A stretch of DNA of 64,000 nucleotides from Anaerohalosphaeraceae bacterium (GCA_963675525.2 CAXXSL010000001.1:256001-320000); one strand, 5' to 3'. Shown: positions 30,602 through 41,219, numbered from the stretch's first letter. Notes: generated by a model not told the origin, from the letters alone. A program made the numbers and translations.

Positions 30602-31920
30602 CTAATCTTTCGGCAGTTTAAACTCGTATTCATGGATTTCATTGTCAAATGAAATGTTATCCGGTGGTTTAATGTCAAGTTTCTCGGTCTTTTTTTTGAT
30701 TTGACTCCGCGATAAATCCTCGCCCTGACATTTTAATTTAAAACCATCCTCTGTTTTGATGATTAGAAAGGGTTTATTGCTGAACAGATCTTTCGGGCTG
30801 TTGAAGGGTATTGTTTTTGGGATTTTCTTTGTTTTTGGATATTGAATTAGAAGTCTTATTCCGGCTTCCAAAGCATTCAGTTTTGTGCGGATTTTTGTGT
30901 CGATGGAAAACACTGTTGTGCTGTATGATCCATAAATACTTGTAAATAAAAAATCACAATTTTCGATATATTCGATGTCGACATCTTCAAATGCAGGAAT
31001 TTGTCTGCCAGAAATATCGAATTTTTTATCAAGGACATCTATATACTCTATGAAGTATTGTTTGAATTGGTTGCGAAGTTCATCTCCAAGTTCACTACAC
31101 TTTTGCACTGCCTGAGGGTAGGGCAGGTCAAGATAACTTTGACGTTTCAGCATGTAATCTCGGTAAAACTTCAGATTACGTATATAGAAATCTTCGCTTA
31201 ATTTTTGAACAGGAATTCCCAAGTGTCGGTCCAATATGTGTCTTTATAGATGTATTCCTTGGGGTGCGTGAGGATTCTTGTGGTGTATGCAATTTCGTGA
31301 TCTATCGTATCTTTGTATGATATTTTTTGACGTTTCGATTCATTTCTGATAAAAGTTTTTGCCATATAGAGGTCTGTGACTTGGCAGTTGGTGTGACGAT
31401 TTAGGTATTCACGGATATCATCATAGGTCATTGATCTGAGGCCCAGAGCAACTAAATGGTCAATTAAGACGCCTGAGTCTATGTGTGAAGCAAGTTGGAG
31501 GACTGGTTCGAATAAGGTGTTAATTCCTATATCCGGGTCTTTTCTTTCTTTATACTTGCCATCTGCGAGAAGTAATAATGTCGTCTTTTTGGCTTTGCTT
31601 AAATAGGGGTTAACCGAGTAGATGCCATCTGCCAATGGATCAAACTGCCAGTCACAATGTTCGATTTGTGCGGCTTTTTTTAGCAGGTCGATGACGGGCT
31701 GCTGGCGGATGAGGTATTGTTCTACCTGCGGAGTGATTTTGACATCTCCGGTTGTATAATCGGACAGGTCAAAACCGTTGGGTTCTTCGTAGAGGTCGAA
31801 GGCTTTCTGGTACCAGTAGGCGGCGTTGTCGGGGGTGAAGTTGTTTGGGTCGTATTTGGCGAATGCGGAGAGTGATAGTATCAAAATAGCCAACACGCAT
31901 AATTTTACCCTGTTTGGCAT
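30602..31920 (-). pseudogene. Secreted DNAA-motif protein split by a single-base frameshift (paralog of 35421-36581)
   Basis: The 5' ORF has a signal peptide, PDNAAYWY and CDW. The 3' ORF has PKDLFSNKPF...GFKLKC...EYEFK. Together they align to the intact paralog. The frames join if the T5 at 31202-31206 were T6. Confidence 0.8.
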
Positions 31921-31954
31921 TGTTCTATTCCTTCTCTTGAACCCTTTCAGGGTT

Positions 31955-32026
31955 ATCGGGCGACTCACGTCGCCGCGCTTTTGTTTATCTTCATCCATGC
32001 CCACGGTTGGCGTGGGCATGGCACCC
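31955..32026. repeat. Two adjacent dispersed REP-like units
   Basis: 31955-31982 is identical to 39265-39292. catgcccacg...gcgtgggcatggcaccc (31996-32026) recurs at 286-315. Confidence 0.8.
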
Positions 32027-32150
32027 ATTTACTTTGTACTCTATGGTATAAACGCCGGAAAGTCAAAGGTGTGGCGAAAAAATGGATTTTTGCGTTTTTT
32101 TGTGAACTTTTCGAGGGGGCCATGTTACTTTATGATGGTAAGACTCGAAG

Positions 32151-32660
32151 ATGATGAAACGGGAAACCGTACAATCCGGCCGGATCGCGATGCTTGAAGC
32201 CCTGTATGCTGAGCATGGTCCACATATTCTGCGATATTTGAATCGTATCGTCGGGCCTAAGAGCTCTGAAGATGTGCTTCAGGATACGTTTGTGCAGGCT
32301 CTTTGTTATATTGAAAGACTTAGCGATGTGAACATTCCAAGGGCATGGCTGTTTCGTGTGGCTCGCAATCTGGCGATGAATGTCCTGCGGAAAAAGAAAA
32401 TGGCCACCCATATCGACCTTGACGGCCTTGTTCACCCGGCTTCGCTTGAAGATCCCAGGTTGGCAACAATGCGGCGTGCGATTTACAAGCTGTCCGACAA
32501 TCATCGCGAAACCATTATGCTGCGATGGTACGATCAGCTTAGCTATAAAGAGATTTCTCAGGTTCAGGATATTTCAATCGGTACCGTCCGTTCGCGATTG
32601 CACAATTCACTGGGACAATTGCGAATGCAAATGGATATAGAACTGGCGGTCGATCCATAA
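32151..32660 (+). CDS. ECF RNA polymerase sigma factor
   Basis: SEDVLQDTF, AWLFRVARN and LSYKEIS...GTVRSRLH. Confidence 0.93.
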   Translation: MMKRETVQSGRIAMLEALYAEHGPHILRYLNRIVGPKSSEDVLQDTFVQALCYIERLSDVNIPRAWLFRVARNLAMNVLRKKKMATHIDLDGLVHPASLEDPRLATMRRAIYKLSDNHRETIMLRWYDQLSYKEISQVQDISIGTVRSRLHNSLGQLRMQMDIELAVDP

Positions 32661-32678
32661 CAAAGAAAGGAACGTAAC

Positions 32679-33206
32679 ATGAACAGAGACCTTTTAGAAC
32701 AATTACTGATGGATCAGGCATTGAACGAACTGTCGCCGGAATCGACAGCGCTGCTGGATGCATACCTGGGCGATCATCCGGAAATGCATTCTCTTGCCGA
32801 TTCGATTCGCGAAACGGTTGCGATTGGCGAAAGGGCTGTTCATGCCGAACTGCCGACACGTTTACCTCCGCTGCCGAAAGAGAAGCTGTTTTCGCACAAA
32901 CGAACGGCTCGGTGGTCGATGACGGCTCGATGGGGATCGGTCGCGGCCTCGTTGATAATCGGATTTGGTCTCGGGATATCCGCAACGCTTTTGCAGAATA
33001 AGCCCTCACAAACAGATTCCGACACGATCGCTTACCATGTTCAATCGCAGCCGGTATCGGGTGGGCTCGAGACTGCCCGGGCATTCTGGTCGAGTCAAAC
33101 ATACATGGATCGCTATCAAAAGAACCGCAAGGACCGGACCCAAAGAAATGAAAATACGGAATTACAAAAACAAATCCAACAATTCAAAAAGAGAGGTCTA
33201 TTATGA
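32679..33206 (+). CDS. Putative anti-sigma factor
   Basis: Directly follows the ECF sigma. N-terminal NELSPE..ALLDAYL helix bundle and a single TM (VAASLIIGFGLG). Confidence 0.75.
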   Translation: MNRDLLEQLLMDQALNELSPESTALLDAYLGDHPEMHSLADSIRETVAIGERAVHAELPTRLPPLPKEKLFSHKRTARWSMTARWGSVAASLIIGFGLGISATLLQNKPSQTDSDTIAYHVQSQPVSGGLETARAFWSSQTYMDRYQKNRKDRTQRNENTELQKQIQQFKKRGLL

Positions 33207-34594
33207 ATAAGAAATTTATCGTCATTTCCACAATCATAGCAGGCGTGTGCTTATTTCTGGTCGGCTGCCATCCGAAAACCATTACCTGGTCACCGGATGG
33301 ACAGTGGGCGGCATTTTGCAATGATTATGGATTGTACTTTACGGATGGGCAAGGTGAAATCTCTTCACGCATGGCCGAAAAGGCCTATCGAGCCGAGTGG
33401 TTTTCGGACGGCAAACGACTGGCGATCGAACAATTTGTCACGTTGACCAGTTGGCAGCAGGTACAAAACACGGTCTCTGAAGACTATCGCGATAAATTTA
33501 TTCAGTGTGCAGAGGGTTTGTTGGCAGTCAAAAATAAGCGAGATTGGGATGAGAAGACGAACATGCTGGAACATATGAATTTTCTTGATGAGGATGAGCT
33601 GGATGCGGTTCAGTTATATATCCGGGATATGGCTTCGGGCGGTTTTCCGAAGGACGTGATTGCGTCATGGGGAGACTCTATTGAATTTGACTACCATTTC
33701 CTGCGGATTGGAACGTGGGACGGTGCCACTTTTACGATGGGTGAGCCGTTATGGGGTTCGCCGGAGCGAATCTGGGATATGCGGATCTCCGCAAAGGGCC
33801 ATGTTGTTGCTTTTACCTCGGCCTTCCCCGGCGACTTTGACGAGGGGACCAGTTCTTCGCTTTGGGCCGCTGATGTCGAAACGAAAGAAGTTGTGCTGTT
33901 GGACAAGAATTCGTCGCTGTATCCGGATTGGGATGCTGCGGGCACCCGTTTGTTTTATGTGCGTTCGATTGGCAAAGAAAGCAGCGATAACCCGCTTGGC
34001 ACGCTGCTGAGCCGCCAGATTTGCGGCCAAGACGGCAACTTGTTAAGCGATTTGCCGGAACCGCAGTCATTAGCGGGTTTGGTGGCCGGTGAATTTACGA
34101 AGGTGCGGTGTTTGCCGGATGGGCGAATTGTGTTCTCTTCGATGGAGGTTACGCTGCCGGTTATCGGAAAGGATATTCCTGAGCAAAAGCAGTTGTTTGT
34201 ACTGGACCTGCAGCGGCAGTCCACGATTACCCGCCTGATTCCCCGGAGCGAACAGAGCAAAACAGAAGGCTATAGTCTTGATCACTTCGAGATCAGCCCG
34301 GACCAAAAGCAGATTTCAATCCCGGATGATGAAGGGCGTGTGATGGTCCTGACCATCGCAACGGGGGAGTTTGTTGTTTTGCAGGCACAGAAGGTCGGAG
34401 ACATCCGGACGGTTCCGGTGTGGCGCTATCCTGATGAGTTATGCTATATCGATGAGTTGAAGGGCGGGCTTTTGGGCGACAAGACAAGAAAAGAAATTAT
34501 GCTTCGGAAGGTTACCCCGGACGGCGAATGGAGCGACCCGCGCGCAATCAGCAAGGACTGGTCCAAAGAAGTTCGCCAGGTCGTATTGGATTAG
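33203..34594 (+). CDS. Lipoprotein with TolB/WD40-like beta-propeller repeats
   Basis: Lipobox LVGC. WSPDG, WFSDG, PDWD and ISPD repeats. Confidence 0.8.
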   Translation: MNKKFIVISTIIAGVCLFLVGCHPKTITWSPDGQWAAFCNDYGLYFTDGQGEISSRMAEKAYRAEWFSDGKRLAIEQFVTLTSWQQVQNTVSEDYRDKFIQCAEGLLAVKNKRDWDEKTNMLEHMNFLDEDELDAVQLYIRDMASGGFPKDVIASWGDSIEFDYHFLRIGTWDGATFTMGEPLWGSPERIWDMRISAKGHVVAFTSAFPGDFDEGTSSSLWAADVETKEVVLLDKNSSLYPDWDAAGTRLFYVRSIGKESSDNPLGTLLSRQICGQDGNLLSDLPEPQSLAGLVAGEFTKVRCLPDGRIVFSSMEVTLPVIGKDIPEQKQLFVLDLQRQSTITRLIPRSEQSKTEGYSLDHFEISPDQKQISIPDDEGRVMVLTIATGEFVVLQAQKVGDIRTVPVWRYPDELCYIDELKGGLLGDKTRKEIMLRKVTPDGEWSDPRAISKDWSKEVRQVVLD

Positions 34595-34634
34595 ATGTAA
34601 ACACATGTTTACTGTTTATGAAAGGGAATTGAAA

Positions 34635-35030
34635 ATGCGTGGATTAAAAATTTGCCTTTGGATATCCGGGATCATGTGCCTGTTGGAGGCGGTGGGTGTA
34701 TTCCTGCCTGTCTCGGCACTCGCACCTTTTTGCACGTTCATGGGAATTGAATCACTTCCGGATTCGGCATTATTTTTCTATGGACTGCGGGTTATGTCGG
34801 TCATGGCTGCGGGAATAGGAGTATTTTTCATCATCCTTGCTCTTGGTCCTATGGACTATGGAATCATGGTGCCTTTTTCCGGCGTTGGGGCGATTGTACT
34901 CGGTGTTATCTGCGGCATCGTGGGAATTTCAGTAAAAGTACCGGCACGATTGTATCTGAGTGATTTTTTGAGTTGTATTGTAATGGGCGCCCTGATCCTT
35001 ATGTTCTGGCGACAAAGCAGGCTCAGATAG
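34635..35030 (+). CDS. Hypothetical 4-TM membrane protein
   Basis: Four hydrophobic segments. Alternative start at 34605. Confidence 0.7.
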   Translation: MRGLKICLWISGIMCLLEAVGVFLPVSALAPFCTFMGIESLPDSALFFYGLRVMSVMAAGIGVFFIILALGPMDYGIMVPFSGVGAIVLGVICGIVGISVKVPARLYLSDFLSCIVMGALILMFWRQSRLR

Positions 35031-35104
35031 TATGCAAATGAGTAGCAGGTGCAGGCAGAACACCACCTGTCTTTGTTATATTCTTGAATGCATAAGGAGA
35101 TATC

Positions 35105-35356
35105 ATGGGAAAGATCGAAAAGATGTTGTTCTGGTGTGCCGTCATGGGATTTGTCGTGATGTTCATCTGGATGGGCATGATAATATTTGCAGGCGAAGCG
35201 ATATATTCATTCCATTCGGGACTTTGGCAAATGGATAGATTGATCTCAAAGGAATTGTTTTTGTCGGCCAATTTCATCGGGATGGGCATGTGGAAAATGG
35301 CCGTGATTCTTTGCTTTGCCATTCCCTGGCTGGCGATGAAAATTGTTGGGAAATAG
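35105..35356 (+). CDS. Small 2-TM membrane protein
   Basis: TAAGGAG RBS and two hydrophobic segments. Confidence 0.7.
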   Translation: MGKIEKMLFWCAVMGFVVMFIWMGMIIFAGEAIYSFHSGLWQMDRLISKELFLSANFIGMGMWKMAVILCFAIPWLAMKIVGK

Positions 35357-35420
35357 GGTTATGAAATGTTAAATAAAATGAGCGAGGCAGGTCGCAGCGA
35401 CCTGCCTCCTGTGAGAATGC

Positions 35421-36581
35421 TTATTTTGCGATTTTAAACGTGTATTCGTTGATTTTACCTTCGATTTCGGCTTGGCGGCAGCGGAGGGTAAAGCCCGTAT
35501 CGGTTTTTTCGTATTCAAACGGTTGTCCGCTGAAAAGGTCTTTGGGGAAAGCGGCGGGCAGTTCGTCCGGCAGGTTTCCTTTTTTAGCGTAGTAGCGATA
35601 GAGTTGAATGGCGGCTGACAGTGCGTTTTGGTGTGTTCTGCGGCGTATATCAATATCGCATACCTTTGTGGTTGCCGGAGCAAGAAGGACCGAGCCGAAA
35701 GCTTCCTTTTTGCCGGCTTCGTAATCCTTTTCGGGAACCTTCTCTAATTCCTGAAATGTTGTTATTGCCTGCTTATAAGGCTGGTCCAGGGCGGCGATAT
35801 ATTTATCAAAAAGTTGCTGATAGTACTCCGCAGAAGCCGCTAAGAATTCCTCAGAACCTTCGGTTAGCAAGGGCAGGTCCTTTTTCAGTTCTTCATTGGG
35901 GGCAACCTGTTCTTCTAAAAGCTTTTTTTTCTCCGGGGTCATTTGCATAATTGCATCTGCATAATATCGTCTTTCATTCAACATTGCCGGCTTGAGATCG
36001 AGCTTGTTATATTCGGGACGTTCGAGTTCTCGCTGAAGTTCTGTTAACAGTTTCTCATCCGATCCCATGACGTTGAGAACATCACCAATGGCATCATAGG
36101 TTAAAGCTGTCATCGCAGTTCCAACGAGATACGAGATAAATGTGTCATTGCCGACGTGCCCGGCCATTCGCAAAACGACCAGGCATTGATCCATGGCCTC
36201 CTGAGTTTGACCTTCCTGTTTTTTGAGCTGTGCATCCGCCAGCATGATGTATGTAAATTGCCGCATGGTTGCCAGGTAGGGTATCTTCAGTGCCAGGCCC
36301 TGGGAAAAGTCCAGTCCCCAGTCACAGTTCGGAATTTCCGACGCTGTTTGAAGAGCATCAATCAATAGCCGTTTTTCCCCCAGATACTGTTGAATCTCAT
36401 CGCTGACTTTGATTTTCCCTTTCGCGGCATCACGAAGCTGATCTCCTAGCGGAGCTTCGGGCCGCGAAAAATTGACCATGCATTTATAATAGACCAAGGC
36501 GGCGTTATCCGGGGGATAGGCTTGGGCGGTGTTTGCTGCAAACAGACAGAGCAGGAGTATCAGTATGGCTGTCTTTTTCAT
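35421..36581 (-). CDS. Secreted DNAA-motif helical protein with pseudopilin-like C-terminus
   Basis: Signal peptide ending AQA, YPPDNAALVY, CDWGLD and GNLPDEL...PKDLFSGQPFEY. Confidence 0.85.
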   Translation of the reverse strand: MKKTAILILLLCLFAANTAQAYPPDNAALVYYKCMVNFSRPEAPLGDQLRDAAKGKIKVSDEIQQYLGEKRLLIDALQTASEIPNCDWGLDFSQGLALKIPYLATMRQFTYIMLADAQLKKQEGQTQEAMDQCLVVLRMAGHVGNDTFISYLVGTAMTALTYDAIGDVLNVMGSDEKLLTELQRELERPEYNKLDLKPAMLNERRYYADAIMQMTPEKKKLLEEQVAPNEELKKDLPLLTEGSEEFLAASAEYYQQLFDKYIAALDQPYKQAITTFQELEKVPEKDYEAGKKEAFGSVLLAPATTKVCDIDIRRRTHQNALSAAIQLYRYYAKKGNLPDELPAAFPKDLFSGQPFEYEKTDTGFTLRCRQAEIEGKINEYTFKIAK

Positions 36582-36601
36582 TATTTGTTTTCCTTTCAAG
36601 T

Positions 36602-37003
36602 TTATAGTTCTTTCAAAATATCCTCTAAGGTGACACTGTCGGCCCGCGGTTGCCGATGTATTTGAGCTTTTTCAAAATATTCATCGAGCGCCGTTTGTCC
36701 GCCATTATTGAAGACGGCGTTTAAATGAGCCAGCGTCAATGTTGGTTCAGTCGGAATTTGCTGGACAATTTTCGGTGGTTGAATTATCTCTGTATGATAC
36801 AACAGGCTGATACCGATCAATAGAACGGCTGCTGAGGCAATAGCATAATAGAGAAAACCGTGTGTTTTGGTCGGCTTTTCAGCAACATCAGAAATGATGT
36901 TGCTGACATTTTGATTCATCCTCCGGAGGGAATCGCCGGAAGGCTCTATCGAAGCAAGCTGATTGAGTTTTTCTTCGATTTGTTGTTCTGTATATTTATT
37001 CAT
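36602..37003 (-). CDS. Putative anti-sigma factor
   Basis: Overlaps the sigma stop. Single TM (YAIASAAVLLIGISLL). Confidence 0.7.
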   Translation of the reverse strand: MNKYTEQQIEEKLNQLASIEPSGDSLRRMNQNVSNIISDVAEKPTKTHGFLYYAIASAAVLLIGISLLYHTEIIQPPKIVQQIPTEPTLTLAHLNAVFNNGGQTALDEYFEKAQIHRQPRADSVTLEDILKEL

Positions 37004-37520
37004 TGATCGCTTCCTTATAAAAAGATGCGTTTTGATCGTTCAAAATCTGACGGATGCGCTGAATGCCTTTGGAGCAAAGCGCCCGCACATGAGACGTCTT
37101 TTTTTGCATGCGTTCGGCAATTTGCTCATAGTCCATCTGCTCGATATACCGAAGTATGAAACATTCGCGTGTTTGCCCGGAAAGCTGTTCGATGGCGCCG
37201 AGAATCATATCCATTTCCTCATTTTGAATCAGCCGGAGGGCGACATGCGGTATTCGATGGTCGGGTCGGCCTTCCGGTATCTCTGAAAAAGAGCGGTGCT
37301 GTCGCCGCCGATCAAAGGCCAGGTTAATCGCAATCCGGCAGGCATACGCTTGCAGATTTTTGATTTTTTCCAGTTGTTTAATTTCAAAGAGCCGGATAAA
37401 CAGTTCCTGCATGAGTTCTACGGCGACTGTTTCATCCAGGGTCAGCCGGGTCAGCATCCCATGCAACCGGGGGCCGGACTGTTCCAGAAATTTTAATAGC
37501 TGAATCTGTTTTTTGTTCAA
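36996..37520 (-). CDS. ECF RNA polymerase sigma factor
   Basis: ELMQELF, AYACRIAINLAFD and MDYEQIAE. TTG start at 37520 after GGAG; the longer computed ORF is antisense to argH. Confidence 0.88.
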   Translation of the reverse strand: MNKKQIQLLKFLEQSGPRLHGMLTRLTLDETVAVELMQELFIRLFEIKQLEKIKNLQAYACRIAINLAFDRRRQHRSFSEIPEGRPDHRIPHVALRLIQNEEMDMILGAIEQLSGQTRECFILRYIEQMDYEQIAERMQKKTSHVRALCSKGIQRIRQILNDQNASFYKEAINE

Positions 37521-37782
37521 TGTTTCTCCGTTTTTCAAACTATCCACTATTATAGACGGTTTGGGGGGCATTGCGCAACCCAAAAAATTGTCAAGAAAAG
37601 GATTTAAAGAAATCTTGACGCAGAACCCCGTTAGGCGTAGTATTTTGATAAGTTTCCCCCTTAAAGGGGGATAAGTTCCCGCGAGTAAAAGTTTTACGTA
37701 CTGAATACGGATTTGGCCGCGCAGGGACTTAAGTTTGATTGTGAAAACCCTGTTGTTAATGACTTTGTGCGAGGGACATAAA

Positions 37783-39174
37783 ATGGCTAAGCAGGAAAAG
37801 AGCTGGGAAAAGCGGCTTTCGGGTTCGGTGGATGAACTGGCGGTGGATTTTGTCGAATCGCTGTCGGTAGACAGGCGGTTGTATAAGTATGACATCGCCG
37901 GGTCGATCGCGCATGCGGAGATGTTGGCGGCTGTGAAAATCATCACGAAGACCGAAGCGGCTGACATCAAGAAGGCTCTGCTGGAAATCGGCGAGGAGAT
38001 TACTGCGGGCAAATTTAAGTTCGATAAGTCGCAGGAAGACATCCACATGGCGATCGAGGCGGCGCTGGTTGCCAAGATCGGCGAGGCGGGTCAGAAACTG
38101 CATACGGGGCGCAGCCGGAATGACCAGGTGGCGACGGATATCCGGTTGTGGATGCGGGATGAGATCGAGATCCTGCTGACACGGACGACTCAACTGCAAA
38201 TCGCGTTCGTTCGGTTGGCCGATAAATACACCGATGACATCATGCCGACCTATACGCATCTTCAGCGGGCTCAGCCGGCGACGATCGCGTCGTATCTGCT
38301 GAGCTTTGTGGAAATGCTGGCGCGGGACTGGAGCCGGCTCAAGGACTGCCGGGACCGGCTGAATGTTTGCCCGCTGGGCAGCGGGGCGGTGGCGGGGTCA
38401 ACCTTGTCGCTGGACCGGGACATGACTGCGAAGAACCTGGGCTTTAAGGATATTACCTATAACAGCATCGACGCGGTGTCGGACCGGGATTTCTGCGCGG
38501 AGTTTATTTTCTGCTGTTCGCTGATCGCGTCGCACTTGTCCCGGCTGGCGGAGGACTGGATACTCTATACAACCGCCGAGTTTTCGTTTATTCGGACGGA
38601 TGATGCCTACTGTACCAGTTCGAGCATGATGCCGCAGAAGCGAAATCCGGATATGCTGGAGTTGATTCGGGGCAAGACGGGGACGGTGTACGGGGCGCTG
38701 GTGGCGATGCTGACGATTTTGAAGGCGCAGCCGTCGACGTATAACCGGGACCTGCAGGAGGATAAGATTCACGTGTTCGGTGCCGCCGATACAACGGATG
38801 CGTGTCTGCAGATGACAGCCGCGATTGTCAGCCATACGGTGTTTAACACCAAACGAATTGCCGACGGGCTGGATGAGGGTTTTCTGGATGCGACGGCACT
38901 GGCCGAGTACCTGGTTCGAAAGGGCGTTCCCTTCCGGCAGGCACACGGGATTGTCGGCGGATTGGTCGCGCTGTGCGAGACCGAAGGCAAAAAGAAGCTG
39001 GGCGAGTTGTCGATTGAGCAGTTCAAGGCCGCCTGTGATAAAATCGAGGAGGACGTTTTCGGGATACTCGACCCGGCGGGAGTCTGCCGGTCGTACCAGA
39101 CCAAAGGCGCCGCGGGGCCGGAGAATGCCAAGGCGCAGATTGCTTACTGGAAGGATAAGCTCAAGACACAATAA
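37783..39174 (+). CDS. argH: Argininosuccinate lyase
   Basis: EDIHM, LHTGRSRNDQV, YTHLQRAQP, SSMMPQKRNPD and YNRDLQEDK. Confidence 0.98.
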   Translation: MAKQEKSWEKRLSGSVDELAVDFVESLSVDRRLYKYDIAGSIAHAEMLAAVKIITKTEAADIKKALLEIGEEITAGKFKFDKSQEDIHMAIEAALVAKIGEAGQKLHTGRSRNDQVATDIRLWMRDEIEILLTRTTQLQIAFVRLADKYTDDIMPTYTHLQRAQPATIASYLLSFVEMLARDWSRLKDCRDRLNVCPLGSGAVAGSTLSLDRDMTAKNLGFKDITYNSIDAVSDRDFCAEFIFCCSLIASHLSRLAEDWILYTTAEFSFIRTDDAYCTSSSMMPQKRNPDMLELIRGKTGTVYGALVAMLTILKAQPSTYNRDLQEDKIHVFGAADTTDACLQMTAAIVSHTVFNTKRIADGLDEGFLDATALAEYLVRKGVPFRQAHGIVGGLVALCETEGKKKLGELSIEQFKAACDKIEEDVFGILDPAGVCRSYQTKGAAGPENAKAQIAYWKDKLKTQ

Positions 39175-39214
39175 ATTAAAAATCAAAGTGCAAAAAAAAT
39201 GACAGGTCAAAAAT

Positions 39215-39292
39215 AAAAGCCGAGCGACGTGAGTCGCCGGATGGGATACCCTGTGGCTGGCGTAATCGGGCGACTCACGTCGCCGCGCTTTT
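39215..39292. repeat. Inverted pair of REP-like units after argH
   Basis: gcgacgtgagtcgcc and ggcgactcacgtcgc are reverse complements. Confidence 0.8.
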
Positions 39293-39315
39293 ATTACCTA
39301 ATTTTGATATTTGAT

Positions 39316-40230
39316 ATGTCCAATGAAGATGACATAACATCCTGGTTTGCTGAACAGAGCAATGCTGATACACAGCGATTCCCCATCGGCATTGGCGATG
39401 ATATGGCGCAGGTGCGGGCGGGGGATGACGGGACGGTGCTCATCACGACGGATATGCTGCTGGACGGGGTGCATTTTGATTTATCGACGTGCACGCTGGA
39501 AGAGGCGTGTTATAAGGCGATGGCGGCCAGTTTGAGTGATTGTGCGGCGATGGCGACGATTCCGGTGTGTGCGGTCGTGGCGGTTGCGTTGCCGGTAGAG
39601 TTCGGGATCGAAGAACTCAAACGTATTCACGCCGGCGTTACGGAGGCGGGCGAGCGGTTTGACTGCATGCTGATCGGAGGCGATATTACCAAGTGGAAAG
39701 AGAAGTGCGAAAGTTTTGCGATTAACGTCGCGATGCTGAGCAAGCCCAGCGGCCATCATCCCCCAGTGCGGCGCAGTGGGGCGAAAGTCGGCGATTGTTT
39801 ATGTGTGACCGGTTCACTGGGCGGCTCGATGCACGGCAAGCACCTGCATTTTACACCGCGGGTTGCTGAGGCGCTGGCCATCACGAAAGCGGCCCGGATC
39901 CATGCGATGATGGATATCACCGATGGGCTCAGTGCCGACCTGAACCGTATTTGCACCCAAAGCCATGTCGGGGCGATCATTGAAATGGAGAAACTGCCCG
40001 TTTCCGATGCGGCCAAAAAAACGGACGATCCGTTTTATGCCGTGTTCAATGACGGAGAGGATTTTGAACTGCTGTTTACGCTTACGCCGGAGGAGTTTGA
40101 AAAGCTGCCCAGACTGGACGGCCTTCGGATCACGCAGATCGGTACGATTACGGAGACGATGAAAATGCAGTCACTCTGGCACAATGGGCGGATCGTCGAT
40201 ATTGAAGCCGGGGGATATGACCACCTTTAA
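39316..40230 (+). CDS. thiL: Thiamine-monophosphate kinase
   Basis: [43 protein letters not shown] and GYDH. Confidence 0.95.
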   Translation: MSNEDDITSWFAEQSNADTQRFPIGIGDDMAQVRAGDDGTVLITTDMLLDGVHFDLSTCTLEEACYKAMAASLSDCAAMATIPVCAVVAVALPVEFGIEELKRIHAGVTEAGERFDCMLIGGDITKWKEKCESFAINVAMLSKPSGHHPPVRRSGAKVGDCLCVTGSLGGSMHGKHLHFTPRVAEALAITKAARIHAMMDITDGLSADLNRICTQSHVGAIIEMEKLPVSDAAKKTDDPFYAVFNDGEDFELLFTLTPEEFEKLPRLDGLRITQIGTITETMKMQSLWHNGRIVDIEAGGYDHL

Positions 40231-40304
40231 AATGATTATTGATTAATGACTTGTCATGCCGGGCTTGACCCGGCATCCAGAGCATTTATAGAGTAGGTTT
40301 AGAC

Positions 40305-40772
40305 ATGAGCCAAAAAGATATTGAAATCATTACGAATAGTGCGGCCGAGACGGTGGGGCTGGGCGTGCAGATCGGGGTTTCGCTGAAGGGGGGCGAGGTG
40401 TTTGCGCTGATCGGCAATCTTGGGACCGGCAAGACGCATTTGATCAAGGGCATCTCGCTCGGGCTGGGGGCCCAGAACAGCGACCAGATCAGCAGTCCGA
40501 CGTTTGTGCTGGTTAATGAATATTTCGGCCGGGCCGGATTGATCCACATCTATCACATTGACGCCTATCGCATCGATTCGGTGGCCCAGTTCGAGGCGCT
40601 GGGGTTCGAGGAGTATTGCCGGCCCGACTCAGTGGTACTGGTCGAATGGGCCGATAAAGTCCTCCCCGTGCTGGAGGGTTTTGAAACCATCCAATTGCAT
40701 TTGGAGCATGTCAGCGAGAATCAGCGGAAAATCTGCATTCAAAATGCACCCACTTACCTTGCGATAAGTTAA
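40305..40772 (+). CDS. tsaE: tRNA threonylcarbamoyladenosine biosynthesis ATPase
   Basis: GNLGTGKT, SSPTFVLVNEY, HIDAYR and VEWAD. Confidence 0.95.
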   Translation: MSQKDIEIITNSAAETVGLGVQIGVSLKGGEVFALIGNLGTGKTHLIKGISLGLGAQNSDQISSPTFVLVNEYFGRAGLIHIYHIDAYRIDSVAQFEALGFEEYCRPDSVVLVEWADKVLPVLEGFETIQLHLEHVSENQRKICIQNAPTYLAIS

Positions 40773-41219
40773 AATTTGACATTCGGCTTTCGAACATCTT
40801 CATAACCTTTCTCTTAATCCTTCTTGTTGCAACATGGCCTGCCTGTTTATCGGGTGTTCTTCATATCTTTTCCCGCGGTAAAAATTTGCTTAATATTTAA
40901 GTTTTTTTACCCCATCGATTTGGCTTTGCCCCGTTTGTTTCTTATGTTTTTAGTGGAAAGTTAATTCTGATCTTTGACAAGCTAATATCGACCTGGCAAC
41001 CTGATAAAGGATTATGAAATCGAAACTGATTTTAAAGATAGATTGCAGGTTCAAAATGATCGGCAGGACATATCATACGAGCGGCTCTCGAGCCGCAAAA
41101 TAGACTGTAACATATGTCAGTGGATCGCGAAGGATCTGCAAGTGTTTAGTAGTGTAAAAGAAACGTAAACGAAACCGATACCTTAAACAGGCATGCAAAA
41201 ATTTAGAAAGGGTAAGAAA

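Noticed and set aside
37521..38075. N-terminal extension of the ECF sigma in the ORF track
   Set aside because: It overlaps argH antisense, and a GGAG RBS with TTG at 37520 gives a normal-sized ECF sigma.
41040..41200. c-di-GMP-I riboswitch before the pilin
   Set aside because: The GGCAAAC...GAAA...GACGCAAAGC consensus is absent. Kept only as an unclassified structure.
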